A DNA stretch of 56,890 nucleotides, taken from assembly GCA_003554615.1 (NCBI GenBank), contig PWGX01000008.1, forward strand, positions 1 to 56,890, in the 5' to 3' direction. The stretch comes from Syntrophomonadaceae bacterium. GTDB taxonomy: Bacteria; Bacillota; Dethiobacteria; DTU022. Position numbers and translations under genes: made by a program. The notes below the pieces were generated by a model. It saw only the letters and a program-made list of their open reading frames with translations. It was not told where the DNA came from and did no database searches. This document shows, in pieces, positions 1-10,250 of the stretch. The first letter of the stretch is position 1; every line of letters begins with the position of its first letter.

Positions 1-346
1 CAAAAGGAGGTTCGTGGGTTAGTGAAACGGCAATCGCGGTAATCTTTTTTTCCCGGGCCAGGCGGGAAGCCTCCCCGCACAGTTTGACCAGAGGTTGTTT
101 TCCCCGGGAGGTAAAGATTTCCACCTCTTTTAAGGCGGCCGGGCCGATACCGCAGCCGATCGCTTTTAAAACTGCTTCCTTGGCGGCGTACCGGGCGGCA
201 AGGGAAGCAGGCGAAGCCTTTTGGTCCAGGAAGCGCTGTTTTTCCAGGCTTGTAAAAATCCTGTCCATAAAACGCTCAGGGTATTTTTCAAGGATTCTTT
301 TAATTCTTTCTACTGCTACCAAATCCACACCAACACCGAGGAACAT
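1..346 (-). CDS. acpS: holo-[acyl-carrier-protein] synthase (3' end runs off the window)
   Basis: Not in the ORF track. Manual translation from ATG at 346: MFLGVGVDLVAVERIKRILEKYPERFMDRIFT...AARYAAKEAVLKAIG...VSLTHE, with GxDxV and AAKEA motifs; GGAGGTGA RBS upstream. Confidence 0.93.
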   Translation of the reverse strand, partial: MFLGVGVDLVAVERIKRILEKYPERFMDRIFTSLEKQRFLDQKASPASLAARYAAKEAVLKAIGCGIGPAALKEVEIFTSRGKQPLVKLCGEASRLAREKKITAIAVSLTHEPPF

Positions 347-494
347 TAACTCACCTCCAAGGCAGATTATAGCATATTCATAGTTAAACAACTGAAAAAC
401 TCTGAAGGTATATTGATTTTTAATCATGGTTGTGGTAATCTTTAGAAGATATAACACCTCGTTTATCGGGGCTATTTTAGGAGGTAATGTTTTA

Positions 495-692
495 ATGCAA
501 GGTAAGGTTAAATGGTTTAACCCTGAAAAGGGGTACGGCTTCATTGAAGTCGATGAAGGAAAAGATGTTTTTGTGCATTACTCGGAGGTCCAGGAAGAAG
601 GCTTTAAAACTTTGGAAGAAGGACAGGAAGTCGAGTTTGAAATCGTAGAAGGCAACCGCGGCCCGCAGGCTGCAAATGTAGTGAAGATGTAA
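495..692 (+). CDS. cspA: cold-shock protein (CSD family)
   Basis: [17 protein letters not shown]...DVFVHYS (RNP1/RNP2); start moved to ATG 495 after an AGGAGG RBS. Confidence 0.95.
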   Translation: MQGKVKWFNPEKGYGFIEVDEGKDVFVHYSEVQEEGFKTLEEGQEVEFEIVEGNRGPQAANVVKM

Positions 693-748
693 CCCCTTTA
701 TTAATCTTTTAACTAATCAAAAAGAACCTGATAAAAAAAATTAAACTG

Positions 749-776
749 GCCGGCATTAAATGCCGGCTTTATTTTG
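749..776 (+). terminator. intrinsic terminator after the csp gene
   Basis: GCCGGCAT-taa-ATGCCGGC hairpin followed by a T-rich tract. Confidence 0.75.
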
Positions 777-796
777 TTAAAAAATTGATTTAACCG

Positions 797-825
797 TTGA
801 CAGTATTTAATTGAGGTGTTATTCT
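797..825 (+). promoter_or_regulatory. sigmaA promoter of iscR-iscS-iscU
   Basis: TTGACA(797-802)-N17-TATTCT(820-825) with extended -10 TG. Confidence 0.75.
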
Positions 826-837
826 TTTTTTTGTCGG

Positions 838-862
838 ATACCCGACTTGTTTGGTCGGAATT
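838..862. promoter_or_regulatory. IscR type-1-like operator
   Basis: ATACCCGACTTGTTTGGTCGGAATT resembles the type-1 consensus ATASYYGACTRwwwYAGTCRRSTAT and lies between promoter and iscR start. Confidence 0.65.
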
Positions 863-885
863 CTAAAAAAGTGGTGTATACAGGG

Positions 886-1314
886 ATGAGGTTATCGGCA
901 AAAGTGGAATATGGCGTAAGGGCCATGGCAATTCTTGCCTATTATTATCAAACCGGCCCTTTACCGTTAAGAGAAATTGCGGAACAGGAAAGCATATCCC
1001 TAAATTTCCTGGAGCAAATTGTTCCGGATCTCAGGCGTAATGGTTTGATCTCCAGTGTGCGTGGTTCTCGTGGAGGTTACATGCTTTCCCGGCCCCCGGC
1101 CGAGATCAATATTGGAGATATAGTCCGGGCTGTCGAGGGGCCGATTGCCCCGGTGGATTGCCTGGCTGAAAATGCCGATGATCCCTGCTGTAACCGCAAG
1201 GATGGATGCCTGACCAGGCAGGTTTGGGAGAAGCTGAGAGATAAAATCAACGATGTTTTGGATGATGTATCTCTTGATGAGCTAATTGATGTTAAGCCGA
1301 CCAACATAACGTAA
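886..1314 (+). CDS. iscR: Rrf2-family Fe-S cluster regulator (IscR-like)
   Basis: MRLSAKVEYGVRAM...SVRGSRGGY winged helix; C-terminal Cys cluster (DCL...CC...GCLT); heads the iscS-iscU operon; start at ATG 886. Confidence 0.85.
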   Translation: MRLSAKVEYGVRAMAILAYYYQTGPLPLREIAEQESISLNFLEQIVPDLRRNGLISSVRGSRGGYMLSRPPAEINIGDIVRAVEGPIAPVDCLAENADDPCCNRKDGCLTRQVWEKLRDKINDVLDDVSLDELIDVKPTNIT

Positions 1315-1329
1315 AGGGAGGAGTATAAA

Positions 1330-2493
1330 ATGCAAAGTCGGCTGGTTTATATGGATCATGGCGCGACCACTCCAGTTAGGAAAGAAGTTTTTGATTATAT
1401 GGCGCCTTATTTCCAGGAACAGTATAGCAACCCTTCCAGCCTGCATGCCCCGGGCAGAGAGGTGCGCCAGGCAGTGGAAGAAGCCCGGGAAAAAACAGCC
1501 TCTGCGCTGGGAGCAAATGAGGACGAAATTTATTTTACCGCCGGGGGTACGGAGTCCAATAATATAGCCCTGCGCGGTGTGGCAAAAAAACGGACCAAGC
1601 CGGGACATATAATTACTTCTTCTGTTGAACACCATGCAGTGCTGGATGTTTGTAAAAACCTGGAAAACGAAGGCCACCGGGTTAAGTACCTGCCGGTAAA
1701 TCAGTACGGGAGGGTCGATCCGGAATCATTAAAGGAAGCCATAGAAGATGACACCTTTATGATCTCGATCATGGCTGCCAACAATGAAATTGGCACCCTG
1801 CAGCCGGTCCGCGAGCTTGGAGCGGTGGCCAGGGAAAAGGGGATCCTTTTTCATACCGATGCCGTCCAGGTTGTTGGACAGCTGCCGTTTAATGTAGCCG
1901 ATCTAAATGCCGATTTTCTGTCTTTGTCGGCTCACAAGTTTAACGGACCGAAAGGGATTGGAGCTCTTTACATGAGAAAGGGTATAAAAATCGACCCCCT
2001 CTACCGGGGAGGGAGCCAGGAGAGGAAACTGCGGCCGGGGACGGAAAATGTTCCCGGTATTATCGGCCTTGGCAAAGCGATTGAACTGGCCGTATCTGAA
2101 ATTCCTGAAAAGAAAAAGAAGCTGGAGCATTTAAGAGACCGTCTTATAAAAGGCCTGCGTGATATTGGAGAGGTCTATTTGAACGGTCATCCCAAAGAAC
2201 GCCTGCCCGGCAATGTAAACGTAAGCTTTCAATACATAGAAGGGGAATCGGTGCTTCTCAGTCTTGACATGGAAGGTATTGCTGCTTCCAGCGGTTCGGC
2301 CTGTTCTTCTGGTTCACTGGAACCGTCTCATGTTTTATCGGCGATGGGGCTCGATCATTCCATGGCCCATGGATCTGTGCGATTTAGCCTTGGTTATGGC
2401 AACAGTGAAGAAGATATTGATTATGTGCTGGAAAAAGCCTCACCGATTGTAGAGAGGCTGCGCAGCATGTCTCCGACTTATCATGCCCGCTGA
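1330..2493 (+). CDS. iscS: cysteine desulfurase IscS/NifS
   Basis: YMDHGATTP, SAHKFNGPKG (PLP Lys) and SSGSACSS catalytic Cys. Confidence 0.95.
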   Translation: MQSRLVYMDHGATTPVRKEVFDYMAPYFQEQYSNPSSLHAPGREVRQAVEEAREKTASALGANEDEIYFTAGGTESNNIALRGVAKKRTKPGHIITSSVEHHAVLDVCKNLENEGHRVKYLPVNQYGRVDPESLKEAIEDDTFMISIMAANNEIGTLQPVRELGAVAREKGILFHTDAVQVVGQLPFNVADLNADFLSLSAHKFNGPKGIGALYMRKGIKIDPLYRGGSQERKLRPGTENVPGIIGLGKAIELAVSEIPEKKKKLEHLRDRLIKGLRDIGEVYLNGHPKERLPGNVNVSFQYIEGESVLLSLDMEGIAASSGSACSSGSLEPSHVLSAMGLDHSMAHGSVRFSLGYGNSEEDIDYVLEKASPIVERLRSMSPTYHAR

Positions 2494-2523
2494 AGGTTTA
2501 AAAGACGAAAGGAGAAACGTTGG

Positions 2524-2898
2524 ATGTACAGCGAGAAAGTAATGGATCACTTTACCAATCCCCGCAATGTGGGTGAACTTCCTGACGCAGATGCAATTGG
2601 CGAAACTGGCAGTTTTAAATGCGGCGATACCATGAAGCTTTACCTCAAGGTCAAAGATGATCGGATCGAGGATATAAAGTTCCAGACCTTTGGCTGTGGG
2701 GCGGCGATTGCCAGCAGCAGCATGTTGACTGAGATGGTAAAAGGCAGAACCATCGATGAAGCGGCCCGGGTGACCAACCAGGATGTTGCCGATCAATTGG
2801 GCGGACTGCCGCCCCTTAAGCTGCACTGTTCAAACCTGGCGGCGGATGCCCTCCAGAATGCAATTGGCGATTATAAAAGCAGGCAGCATTCAAGATAA
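2524..2898 (+). CDS. iscU: Fe-S cluster scaffold IscU/NifU
   Basis: MYSEKVMDHFTNPRNVG, CGD, FGCGAAIAS, KLHCSNLA. Confidence 0.95.
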   Translation: MYSEKVMDHFTNPRNVGELPDADAIGETGSFKCGDTMKLYLKVKDDRIEDIKFQTFGCGAAIASSSMLTEMVKGRTIDEAARVTNQDVADQLGGLPPLKLHCSNLAADALQNAIGDYKSRQHSR

Positions 2899-2938
2899 GC
2901 AATTGGCATGGATTGTTTCTGTTTGTACTGTGATCAGC

Positions 2939-2968
2939 TTGACAAAACCCCCTCAAAAATGATATTTT
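2939..2968 (+). promoter_or_regulatory. sigmaA promoter of the hrcA-dnaK operon
   Basis: TTGACA(2939-2944)-N18-TATTTT with TG extension, directly before CIRCE. Confidence 0.6.
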
Positions 2969-2978
2969 TTTAGTAGCT

Positions 2979-3005
2979 TTAGCACTCTATAGTTTGGAGT
3001 GCTAA
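2979..3005. promoter_or_regulatory. CIRCE element (HrcA operator)
   Basis: Perfect TTAGCACTC-N9-GAGTGCTAA. Confidence 0.97.
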
Positions 3006-3029
3006 AGAGCGAAACGGGGGGGATTAAGA

Positions 3030-4067
3030 ATGACTGCTGAATTGAACGATAGAAAAGAGCAGATTCTTCGATCCGTAGTTATTAATTATATTAAAACAGC
3101 TGAGCCTGTCGGTTCACGTACAATATCCAGATCCCATCCCGGCGGCCTCAGCTCAGCAACAATCAGGAATGAGATGGCCGACCTGGAGGAAATGGGGTAC
3201 CTGGCTCAGCCTCATACTTCCGCCGGAAGAATTCCATCCCAGCGGGGATATCGTTATTATGTCGACGACTTAATGGATTTGAACGAATTAAGTGAGGATG
3301 TTGAAGAGAAGATCAGCACCTCCCTTAGCGCAGGCAAGATGCGAGAGATCGAACAGATTATTATGAACTCGACCAGGGTATTGTCATCTGCCACCAATCA
3401 GACTTCCTTGATTATGGGCCCGCAGTTCAAGAAAAGCGCTTTTCATCAACTTAGAATACTACCCCTGGATGAAAAAAGGGGACTGGTAGTTTTAATTACC
3501 GATACTGGTTTTATAAAGAACAAGGTCATCGATTTTCAGCATCAGTTAAGCCAGACTGAACTGCAGCAGATTGTTTCCTATTTGAACCAAAAACTGTACG
3601 GGTTAACTATTGACCAGGTTACCACTTCACTAATTAACGAGCTGAAAAGAGATCTGTTCCGGCGCCTGGAAATCCTGGAACAGGCATTTATCCTCCTTGA
3701 AGAAAGCCTCAAGGAAGAAAAGCAGATCCGGGTATTCCTCGGAGGGACAACCAATATCCTGAATCAGCCTGAATTTAAAGATGTAGATAAGATCCGCAGG
3801 ATGCTTAACCTGTTTGAACAGGAACCGCTCCTGTTCAAAATCCTTGAGGACACTTCAAGCGAAGACAATATCGTGGTGCGGATAGGCTCTGAGAATGAAT
3901 TTGAAGACATTAAAGAATGTACCCTGATCACGGGCACCTACCGGATCCATGATAAAACCCTGGGGACTGTAGGAGTTCTCGGGCCGACCAGGATGGATTA
4001 CGGGAAGGTGATCAGCGTTATGCGCCGTCTTGTCGATCAGCTTAACCAGAGTCTCAGCAGTTCCTGA
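3030..4067 (+). CDS. hrcA: heat-inducible transcription repressor
   Basis: EPVGSR, SSATIRNEMADLEEMGYL, PHTSAGRIPS, GVLGPTRMDY; CIRCE upstream. Confidence 0.97.
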   Translation: MTAELNDRKEQILRSVVINYIKTAEPVGSRTISRSHPGGLSSATIRNEMADLEEMGYLAQPHTSAGRIPSQRGYRYYVDDLMDLNELSEDVEEKISTSLSAGKMREIEQIIMNSTRVLSSATNQTSLIMGPQFKKSAFHQLRILPLDEKRGLVVLITDTGFIKNKVIDFQHQLSQTELQQIVSYLNQKLYGLTIDQVTTSLINELKRDLFRRLEILEQAFILLEESLKEEKQIRVFLGGTTNILNQPEFKDVDKIRRMLNLFEQEPLLFKILEDTSSEDNIVVRIGSENEFEDIKECTLITGTYRIHDKTLGTVGVLGPTRMDYGKVISVMRRLVDQLNQSLSSS

Positions 4068-4169
4068 CCGGGTTAAACTACAGGCGGGGGGTACGGCAGT
4101 ACACTGAATTTATTTAGGACTGTGGACTCTTTATTACCATCAATCTTATACGAGCAGGTGAAATTTTTT

Positions 4170-4829
4170 ATGTCCGGGAAAAAACGGAAAGAACAACAAG
4201 CAGAACAATCTGCAGAACAGGAAGAACGACAGCAGGGACAAATGGAACAGGAAACAGTGCTCGAAAGAGAACCTGGCAAGTCCGGAGTGGAACAAGAGCT
4301 GCCGGATCAAAATGATAATGATCTAGCAGCTGAAAAGGACGGGTTAACTGAAGAAGAACCAGGGCAGGAAGAAGAAACGGCAGAAGCGGAATGGATGCAG
4401 GAAAAAGAAGAACTCCTGGACCGGCTGAAGCGAAAGCAGGCCGAAATGGACAATTTACGGCGGATTAGCAAGATGGAACAGGCTGAAGCAAAGGATTACG
4501 CCCTTCACGATTTTTTGAGCAGGCTCCTGCCGGTAGTGGATAACCTGGAACGGGCCCTGGAATCTGCCCGTTCTGATCAAAAAGTCCCCGATACCCATGT
4601 TGACGGACTGGAAATGATCTATAAGCAAATCTTTCAGATCCTGGAGCAGGAAGGGGTTAGTGTCATAGAGGCGGAAGGAAATCCTTTTGATCCGCACTGC
4701 CATCATGCCGTGATGGCAGTGGAAAGTGATGAAACAGAACCAGGAAACGTCGTAGAAGAGCTTCAGCGGGGTTACCGTCACCGGGAAAGGGTCCTTCGGC
4801 CGGCCATGGTTAAAGTTTGCCGTGAATAA
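4170..4829 (+). CDS. grpE: nucleotide exchange factor GrpE
   Basis: LLPVVDNLERAL, FDPHCHHAV, QRGY...VLRPAMVKV; ATG 4170 taken as start. Confidence 0.95.
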   Translation: MSGKKRKEQQAEQSAEQEERQQGQMEQETVLEREPGKSGVEQELPDQNDNDLAAEKDGLTEEEPGQEEETAEAEWMQEKEELLDRLKRKQAEMDNLRRISKMEQAEAKDYALHDFLSRLLPVVDNLERALESARSDQKVPDTHVDGLEMIYKQIFQILEQEGVSVIEAEGNPFDPHCHHAVMAVESDETEPGNVVEELQRGYRHRERVLRPAMVKVCRE

Positions 4830-4865
4830 ATTGCAGTCATATACTTTACAAGGAGGACAGGAAAA

Positions 4866-6743
4866 ATGGGAAAAGTTGTAGGAATTGACCTTGGAACCAC
4901 CAACTCAGCAGTTGCCGCTCTAATTGGTAGCGAACCTGAAATTATTGCAAATGCCGAGGGCAGCAGGGTGACGCCCTCTGTAGTGGCTTTTACAAAAGAC
5001 GGCCAGCGTTTATTGGGCCAGGTAGCAAAGCGCCAGGCTGTGACCAACCCTGAACGGACCATCGTCTCGATCAAGCGTGAAATGGGAACCAATCACAAGG
5101 TAAAAATTGATGATAAAGAATATACACCTCAGGAAATTTCAGCAATGGTTTTGCAAAAATTGAAAGCCGATGCCGAAAGCTATCTTGGCGAAGAAGTTAC
5201 CCAGGCGGTTATCACGGTCCCCGCTTATTTTACCGACAGCCAGCGTCAGGCCACGAAGGACGCGGGGACGATTGCCGGGATGGAAGTGCTTAGGATTATA
5301 AACGAACCGACAGCGGCAGCCCTTGCCTATGGGCTGGATAAAAAAGGTGAAGACCAGAAGATAATGGTTTTTGACCTGGGCGGAGGAACTTTTGACGTGT
5401 CCGTTTTGGAACTCGGAGACGATGTGGTTGAAGTTAAAGCCAGCAGCGGCAATAACCGCCTGGGCGGTGACGATTTTGATCAGCGCGTTGTCGATTATAT
5501 TGCCGACGAATTTAAAAAAGACCACGGTATTGACCTGCGCCAGGACAGGATGGCCCTCCAGCGTTTAATGGAAGCGGCGGAAAAAGCGAAAGTGGAACTA
5601 TCTTCAGTAACTTCCACCGATATCAACCTGCCTTTTGTTACCGCCACCCAGGAGGGGCCAAAACACCTTCATATGACCCTGACCAGGGCCAAGTTTGATG
5701 AATTAACCGGCGATCTTGTCGAAAAGACCATGGGCCCGACCAGGCAGGCATTAGCCGATGCTGAATTGAGCACCGATGAGATTGATAAAATTATCCTGGT
5801 GGGAGGGTCGACCAGGATTCCTGCTGTCCAGGATGCCATCCGCAACCTGCTAGGCAAGGAACCGCATAAAGGCGTAAACCCCGATGAGGTTGTGGCCATG
5901 GGGGCGGCTTACCAGGCGGCTGTCCTGGGCGGCGAAGCAAAAGATGTTCTGCTTCTTGATGTAACTCCCCTGTCACTGGGCATCGAAACTCTTGGCGGTG
6001 TTTTTACAAAGATTATTGAGCGTAATACAACCATTCCCACCGAGAAAAAACAAATTTTCTCCACCGCCGCCGACAACCAGACCAGTGTTGATATTCACAT
6101 CTTGCAGGGAGAAAGAGCCATGGCAGCCGATAATAAGACCCTGGGGCGGTTTATGCTCGATGGAATTCCCCCGGCGCCCCGCGGTGTTCCTCAGATTGAG
6201 GTAAGTTTTAATATTGATGCCAATGGCATTGTCAATGTTTCCGCCAAGGACCTGGCCACGAACCGCGAACAAAAAATATCTATTACGGCTTCCAGCGGGC
6301 TGGAAAAAGATCAAATTGACGAAATGGTTAACGAGGCCGAGAAATTTGCCGAGGAAGACCGCAAGCGCAAGGAATTGGCCGAAGCTCGCAACCAGGCCGA
6401 CAGCCTGGCCTACAGCGCAGAAAAAGCTCTGAAGGATCTGGGTGATAAAGTAGAACCAGACAAAGCAGAAGAAGTCAAAAAGGCTGCCGAAGAACTGCGT
6501 GAAGCGGCCCGTGGAGAGGACCTGGAAAAGATCAAGGAAGCCACCGAAAAGGTGAATGGTTTTATGCATGAATTGTCTTCGAAGCTATATGAACAACAGC
6601 AGGCTGAAGCCCAGGAGGCGGGCGCCGAAAGCGGCAGCTCTCAGCCCGGTGGGGAAACAGCTGAAGATGAAAATGTAGTAGACGCCGAGTATGATATTCA
6701 TGAGGCGGATGCCGAAGAGAGCGAGGATAAGCAGGAGCAGTAG
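4866..6743 (+). CDS. dnaK: chaperone DnaK (Hsp70)
   Basis: [28 protein letters not shown] motifs. Confidence 0.98.
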   Translation: MGKVVGIDLGTTNSAVAALIGSEPEIIANAEGSRVTPSVVAFTKDGQRLLGQVAKRQAVTNPERTIVSIKREMGTNHKVKIDDKEYTPQEISAMVLQKLKADAESYLGEEVTQAVITVPAYFTDSQRQATKDAGTIAGMEVLRIINEPTAAALAYGLDKKGEDQKIMVFDLGGGTFDVSVLELGDDVVEVKASSGNNRLGGDDFDQRVVDYIADEFKKDHGIDLRQDRMALQRLMEAAEKAKVELSSVTSTDINLPFVTATQEGPKHLHMTLTRAKFDELTGDLVEKTMGPTRQALADAELSTDEIDKIILVGGSTRIPAVQDAIRNLLGKEPHKGVNPDEVVAMGAAYQAAVLGGEAKDVLLLDVTPLSLGIETLGGVFTKIIERNTTIPTEKKQIFSTAADNQTSVDIHILQGERAMAADNKTLGRFMLDGIPPAPRGVPQIEVSFNIDANGIVNVSAKDLATNREQKISITASSGLEKDQIDEMVNEAEKFAEEDRKRKELAEARNQADSLAYSAEKALKDLGDKVEPDKAEEVKKAAEELREAARGEDLEKIKEATEKVNGFMHELSSKLYEQQQAEAQEAGAESGSSQPGGETAEDENVVDAEYDIHEADAEESEDKQEQ

Positions 6744-6760
6744 AATTAACTCCATGCTAA

Positions 6761-6880
6761 TAGCATTTCTAATGCCGGGTTTTTGCCTGAATAACCGATC
6801 CGGTTGTCATAATCACCAACTGACCTTATAATTGATCAGGGCAAGATTTTGAGTTAGGCAGAAACCCGGCGTTAGTGTTA
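6761..6880. repeat. long imperfect inverted repeat / structured intergenic element
   Basis: CTAATGCCGGGTTTTTGCCTGA (6769-6790) pairs with TTAGGCAGAAACCCGGCGTTAG (6854-6875) using G-U pairs. Confidence 0.7.
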
Positions 6881-6976
6881 TACTATATGTGTGAGTCCAG
6901 CCTTTTTTAAAAGTTGGATGGAGCTAGACGGTTTTAGAAAACCATAAAATAATTACCAGGGCGAAAAGGATGATAT

Positions 6977-8128
6977 TTGAGTATGGAAAGACGGGATTAT
7001 TATGAAATTTTAGGACTGAACCGCAATGCCAGTGAAGCCGAAGTGAAAAAAGCGTACAGGAGGCTGGCCAAGCAGTATCATCCCGATTTAAACAAGGATG
7101 ATCCTGACGCCGAAAATAAATTTAAAGAGATGAAAGAAGCTTATGATGTCCTGAGCGATCCCCGGAAGAGAGAGCACTATGATCGCTTCGGCCATCAAGC
7201 CGGCGGCCCGGGTGGATTTGAAGGTTTTGGCGGCACCGGTTTTGGCCAGGCTGGTTTCGGCGGCATCGATGAAATATTTGAACAGTTTTTCGGTGGAATG
7301 GGCGGTATGGGTGCACGCCGCAGGCAGCGCGGACCCGAACAGGGGGACCACCTGCGCTATGATCTGGAGATTACCCTGGAAGAAGCTTTTCATGGCGGTG
7401 AAAAAGTAATTACCATACCGCGAACCGAAACCTGCCCTGATTGCGAAGGCAAGAAAACTAAATCCGCCGGCGGTTCCGAGACCTGTCCTTCATGCGGCGG
7501 CAGCGGACAGCAGCAGTATACCCGGAGCACACCTTTCGGCCGTTTTGTCAGCATGCAGGTCTGTGGTAACTGCAGGGGTGAAGGTGTAATTATAAGCGAC
7601 CCCTGTCCCACCTGCAGTGCCCAGGGCCGGATTGTGCAGGAAAGAAAAATTGAAATTAAAATACCACCCGGGGTGGAAGACGGTTCAAGGCTCAGGGTCA
7701 GCGGTGGTGGCGAAGCCGGTGTCCGCGGCGGACCTTCCGGAGATTTATATGTGGTGTTCCGGATCCGTCCCCACAAGGTGTTTCAGAGAAAAGGCAGTGA
7801 TTTGTGGATAGAAGAAACAATAAGCATTAGCCAGGCTGCCCTCGGCGTGGAAAAGGAAGTGCCGACTCTCGAGGGGACGGCTACCCTCAGGATCCCTGAA
7901 GGGACCCAGCACGGTACGACCTTCCGCTTAAAAGGGCAGGGTATGCCTCACCTGCGTGGTTCTGGACGGGGCGACTTGCGCGCAACAGTCAAGGTAAGTG
8001 TTCCCAAACGCCTCACACCTCGTCAGAAGGAGCTATTGGAAGAATTTGCTTATCTTAACGGTGAAGAAGTGGGGGTTGAAAACAAAGGTTTTTTTGACCG
8101 GATGAAAGATGCTTTTGGCGGCGGATAG
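6977..8128 (+). CDS. dnaJ: chaperone DnaJ
   Basis: J-domain HPD, G/F-rich region, four CxxCxxxG-type zinc repeats. Confidence 0.97.
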   Translation: MSMERRDYYEILGLNRNASEAEVKKAYRRLAKQYHPDLNKDDPDAENKFKEMKEAYDVLSDPRKREHYDRFGHQAGGPGGFEGFGGTGFGQAGFGGIDEIFEQFFGGMGGMGARRRQRGPEQGDHLRYDLEITLEEAFHGGEKVITIPRTETCPDCEGKKTKSAGGSETCPSCGGSGQQQYTRSTPFGRFVSMQVCGNCRGEGVIISDPCPTCSAQGRIVQERKIEIKIPPGVEDGSRLRVSGGGEAGVRGGPSGDLYVVFRIRPHKVFQRKGSDLWIEETISISQAALGVEKEVPTLEGTATLRIPEGTQHGTTFRLKGQGMPHLRGSGRGDLRATVKVSVPKRLTPRQKELLEEFAYLNGEEVGVENKGFFDRMKDAFGGG

Positions 8129-8151
8129 TAACCGGCAGCCCGGAGGTATAA

Positions 8152-8907
8152 ATGCACTACTTCTTTTTAGAAGGATACACCTTGACCGGTGGGCTGGAAG
8201 TAGACCTGCACGAACAAGATCTGAACCATGCTTACCGTGTCCTTCGCTTGAAACCCGGAGATAGGGTAGCCGTGGCCGATGCCCTGGGCAAGGCCTTAAG
8301 CGCAGTGATAACCGTATCCGAACCGCAGCGGGTCAGAGTCAGGCTTGGTGACGAACTTCCTTCAACTGAATCCCCGTTAAATATAACTTTGTTTCAATCA
8401 TTGTCCAGGGGCGAAAAAATGGACCTGGTCATCAGGCAGGCCGTGGAGTTGGGAGTTAAAAAGATCGTTCCTGTGGCTGTGTCGAGAAGTATACCCAACC
8501 TGGGCGGCTCTAAAGCGGAGAAAAAAATCAGGCGCTGGCAGAATATAGCCCGTTCAGCCGCAGCGCAGTGCCGCCGGGCTTTCCTGCCCCCGGTTGAACA
8601 GGCCCTTGACTTAAAAGATACCCTGGTCGAATTCAACAGATACCGGACCCTGGTTCCCTGGGAAGATGAATCAAGAATTTCATTATCCGGCGCTTTAAAA
8701 CAGCCTTGTCCGGAAGATAAGGCTGTTTTATTGTTTATTGGGCCCGAGGGAGGTTTTGAGAAAAGCGAAATAGAAGCGATCAGGGATTCCGGGGCCCAAA
8801 TAATCCACCTGGGGCCCAGGATTATGCGGACAGAAACAGCCGCCACCGCCGTTGTTGCTGTGATCCAGGCGGCATGGGGCGATCTGGGGAAAGAAAGGGA
8901 AATATAG
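8152..8907 (+). CDS. rsmE: 16S rRNA m3U1498 methyltransferase
   Basis: H..RVLRL, QAVELGV, IGPEGG, LGPRIMRTETA. Confidence 0.95.
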   Translation: MHYFFLEGYTLTGGLEVDLHEQDLNHAYRVLRLKPGDRVAVADALGKALSAVITVSEPQRVRVRLGDELPSTESPLNITLFQSLSRGEKMDLVIRQAVELGVKKIVPVAVSRSIPNLGGSKAEKKIRRWQNIARSAAAQCRRAFLPPVEQALDLKDTLVEFNRYRTLVPWEDESRISLSGALKQPCPEDKAVLLFIGPEGGFEKSEIEAIRDSGAQIIHLGPRIMRTETAATAVVAVIQAAWGDLGKEREI

Positions 8908-10220
8908 TGAAGAAAAAAGCTGCTTTTTTCACTCTCGGGTGCAAAGTTAATTTTTGCGAAACAGAAGCGCTGCAAGCGCTTTTTGAGCAGGCCGGTTACA
9001 AAATTACCGATTTTGACAACCAGGCTGATGTTTATGTGATCAACACCTGTACAGTGACCGGCAGCAGCGACCACAAATCAAGAAAAGCAATTCGGCGGGC
9101 CCGGAAACGTTCGCCCGGGGCCATCGTAATTGCTACAGGATGTTATGCCCAGGGTGCTCCAGAAAAAATTAAAGAAATGGAACAGGCCGATCTGATTGTC
9201 GGTAACCGGGAGCGAGAAAAACTACCCCAAATCTTAACTTCTCTGGAACCAGGTACTGCCCTGGATCTTGTATCGCCCCATCCTGCAGACAGCCGCTTTG
9301 AAATGCTCCCCCCGGTTAAAAGAAGGAATCGGACCAGGGGTTTCCTTAAAATCCAGGAAGGCTGCGATCAGCACTGCAGTTACTGTGTCGTGCCGTCGGT
9401 GAGGGGCCCTCTGCGAAGCCTTCATCCGGAAGAGGCAGTTCTAAGGGCTAAGAACCTGGTAGCTTCCGGGTGCCGGGAAATTGTTTTAACCGGCATCCAT
9501 TTAGGGTTTTACGGCGCCGAACTGGAGGATGTTTCCCTGCCTTCACTTTTGAAGGATCTGGAAGAAATACCGAATCTGTTCAGGCTTCGTCTGAGTTCCC
9601 TTGAACCCTCCGATATAAACGCAGAGCTCGTGGACCATATCACCGGATCCTGGATTGTCTGCCCGCATCTGCATATTCCTCTCCAGAGCGGTGACGGGGA
9701 AATACTGCGGCTGATGAACCGGCCCTACGAGCCAGTGGAATATCTTTACCTGGCCAAATGGTTGAAACAGGAAATCCCGGCCCTGGCCTTGAGCACCGAT
9801 ATTATTGTGGGTTTCCCGGGTGAAACAGAAAAGCATCACCGGCGCAGTATGAAATTGATCAAAGATATTGGCTTTAGCCGGCTCCATGTATTCAAATATT
9901 CACCGCGGCCTGGCACCCCGGCGGCCGATTATTCCGGCCAGGTCCCCAACAAAGTTAAAGACCGGCGCAGCAAAGAGGTGATCGAGCTGGGCGAAGAAAT
10001 GGCTTCTGCTTACCGGCGTCAATTTTTAGGCACTGTCCAACCGGTGCTTGTTGAAAAAGTAGTGCCTTACTCTTACGGTGAAGGTTTTACCCAACATTAC
10101 CTGCGGGTTAAAATTGATATGGATATAAAAGGCCTGCACTGGCGCGGCAAATTGATCAATGCCCGATTGGAAAAAGAAGACGGTTCTGAGATCAAGGCCA
10201 TTCGGGTTAAAAAGAAATAA
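8907..10220 (+). CDS. mtaB: tRNA t6A37 methylthiotransferase MtaB
   Basis: TLGCKVN, INTCTVT, radical SAM CDQHCSYC; GTG start at 8907 overlaps the rsmE stop. Confidence 0.93.
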   Translation: MKKKAAFFTLGCKVNFCETEALQALFEQAGYKITDFDNQADVYVINTCTVTGSSDHKSRKAIRRARKRSPGAIVIATGCYAQGAPEKIKEMEQADLIVGNREREKLPQILTSLEPGTALDLVSPHPADSRFEMLPPVKRRNRTRGFLKIQEGCDQHCSYCVVPSVRGPLRSLHPEEAVLRAKNLVASGCREIVLTGIHLGFYGAELEDVSLPSLLKDLEEIPNLFRLRLSSLEPSDINAELVDHITGSWIVCPHLHIPLQSGDGEILRLMNRPYEPVEYLYLAKWLKQEIPALALSTDIIVGFPGETEKHHRRSMKLIKDIGFSRLHVFKYSPRPGTPAADYSGQVPNKVKDRRSKEVIELGEEMASAYRRQFLGTVQPVLVEKVVPYSYGEGFTQHYLRVKIDMDIKGLHWRGKLINARLEKEDGSEIKAIRVKKK

Positions 10221-10250
10221 GGCGTCGGCATTTTTACGGTTTCTACATTA

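Noticed and set aside
84-383. 99-aa plus-strand ORF
   Set aside because: Antisense shadow of acpS, which has clear motifs and an RBS on the minus strand
2491-2526. iscS TGA is in frame with iscU across 10 sense codons (possible readthrough fusion in a selenium user)
   Set aside because: iscU has its own AAGGAG RBS, IscS is full length at the TGA, no SECIS-like hairpin follows, and this arrangement is likely by chance
2903-2920. TGGCATGGATTGTTTC as a sigma54 promoter before hrcA
   Set aside because: No TTGC at the required spacing; a sigmaA promoter and CIRCE explain the region
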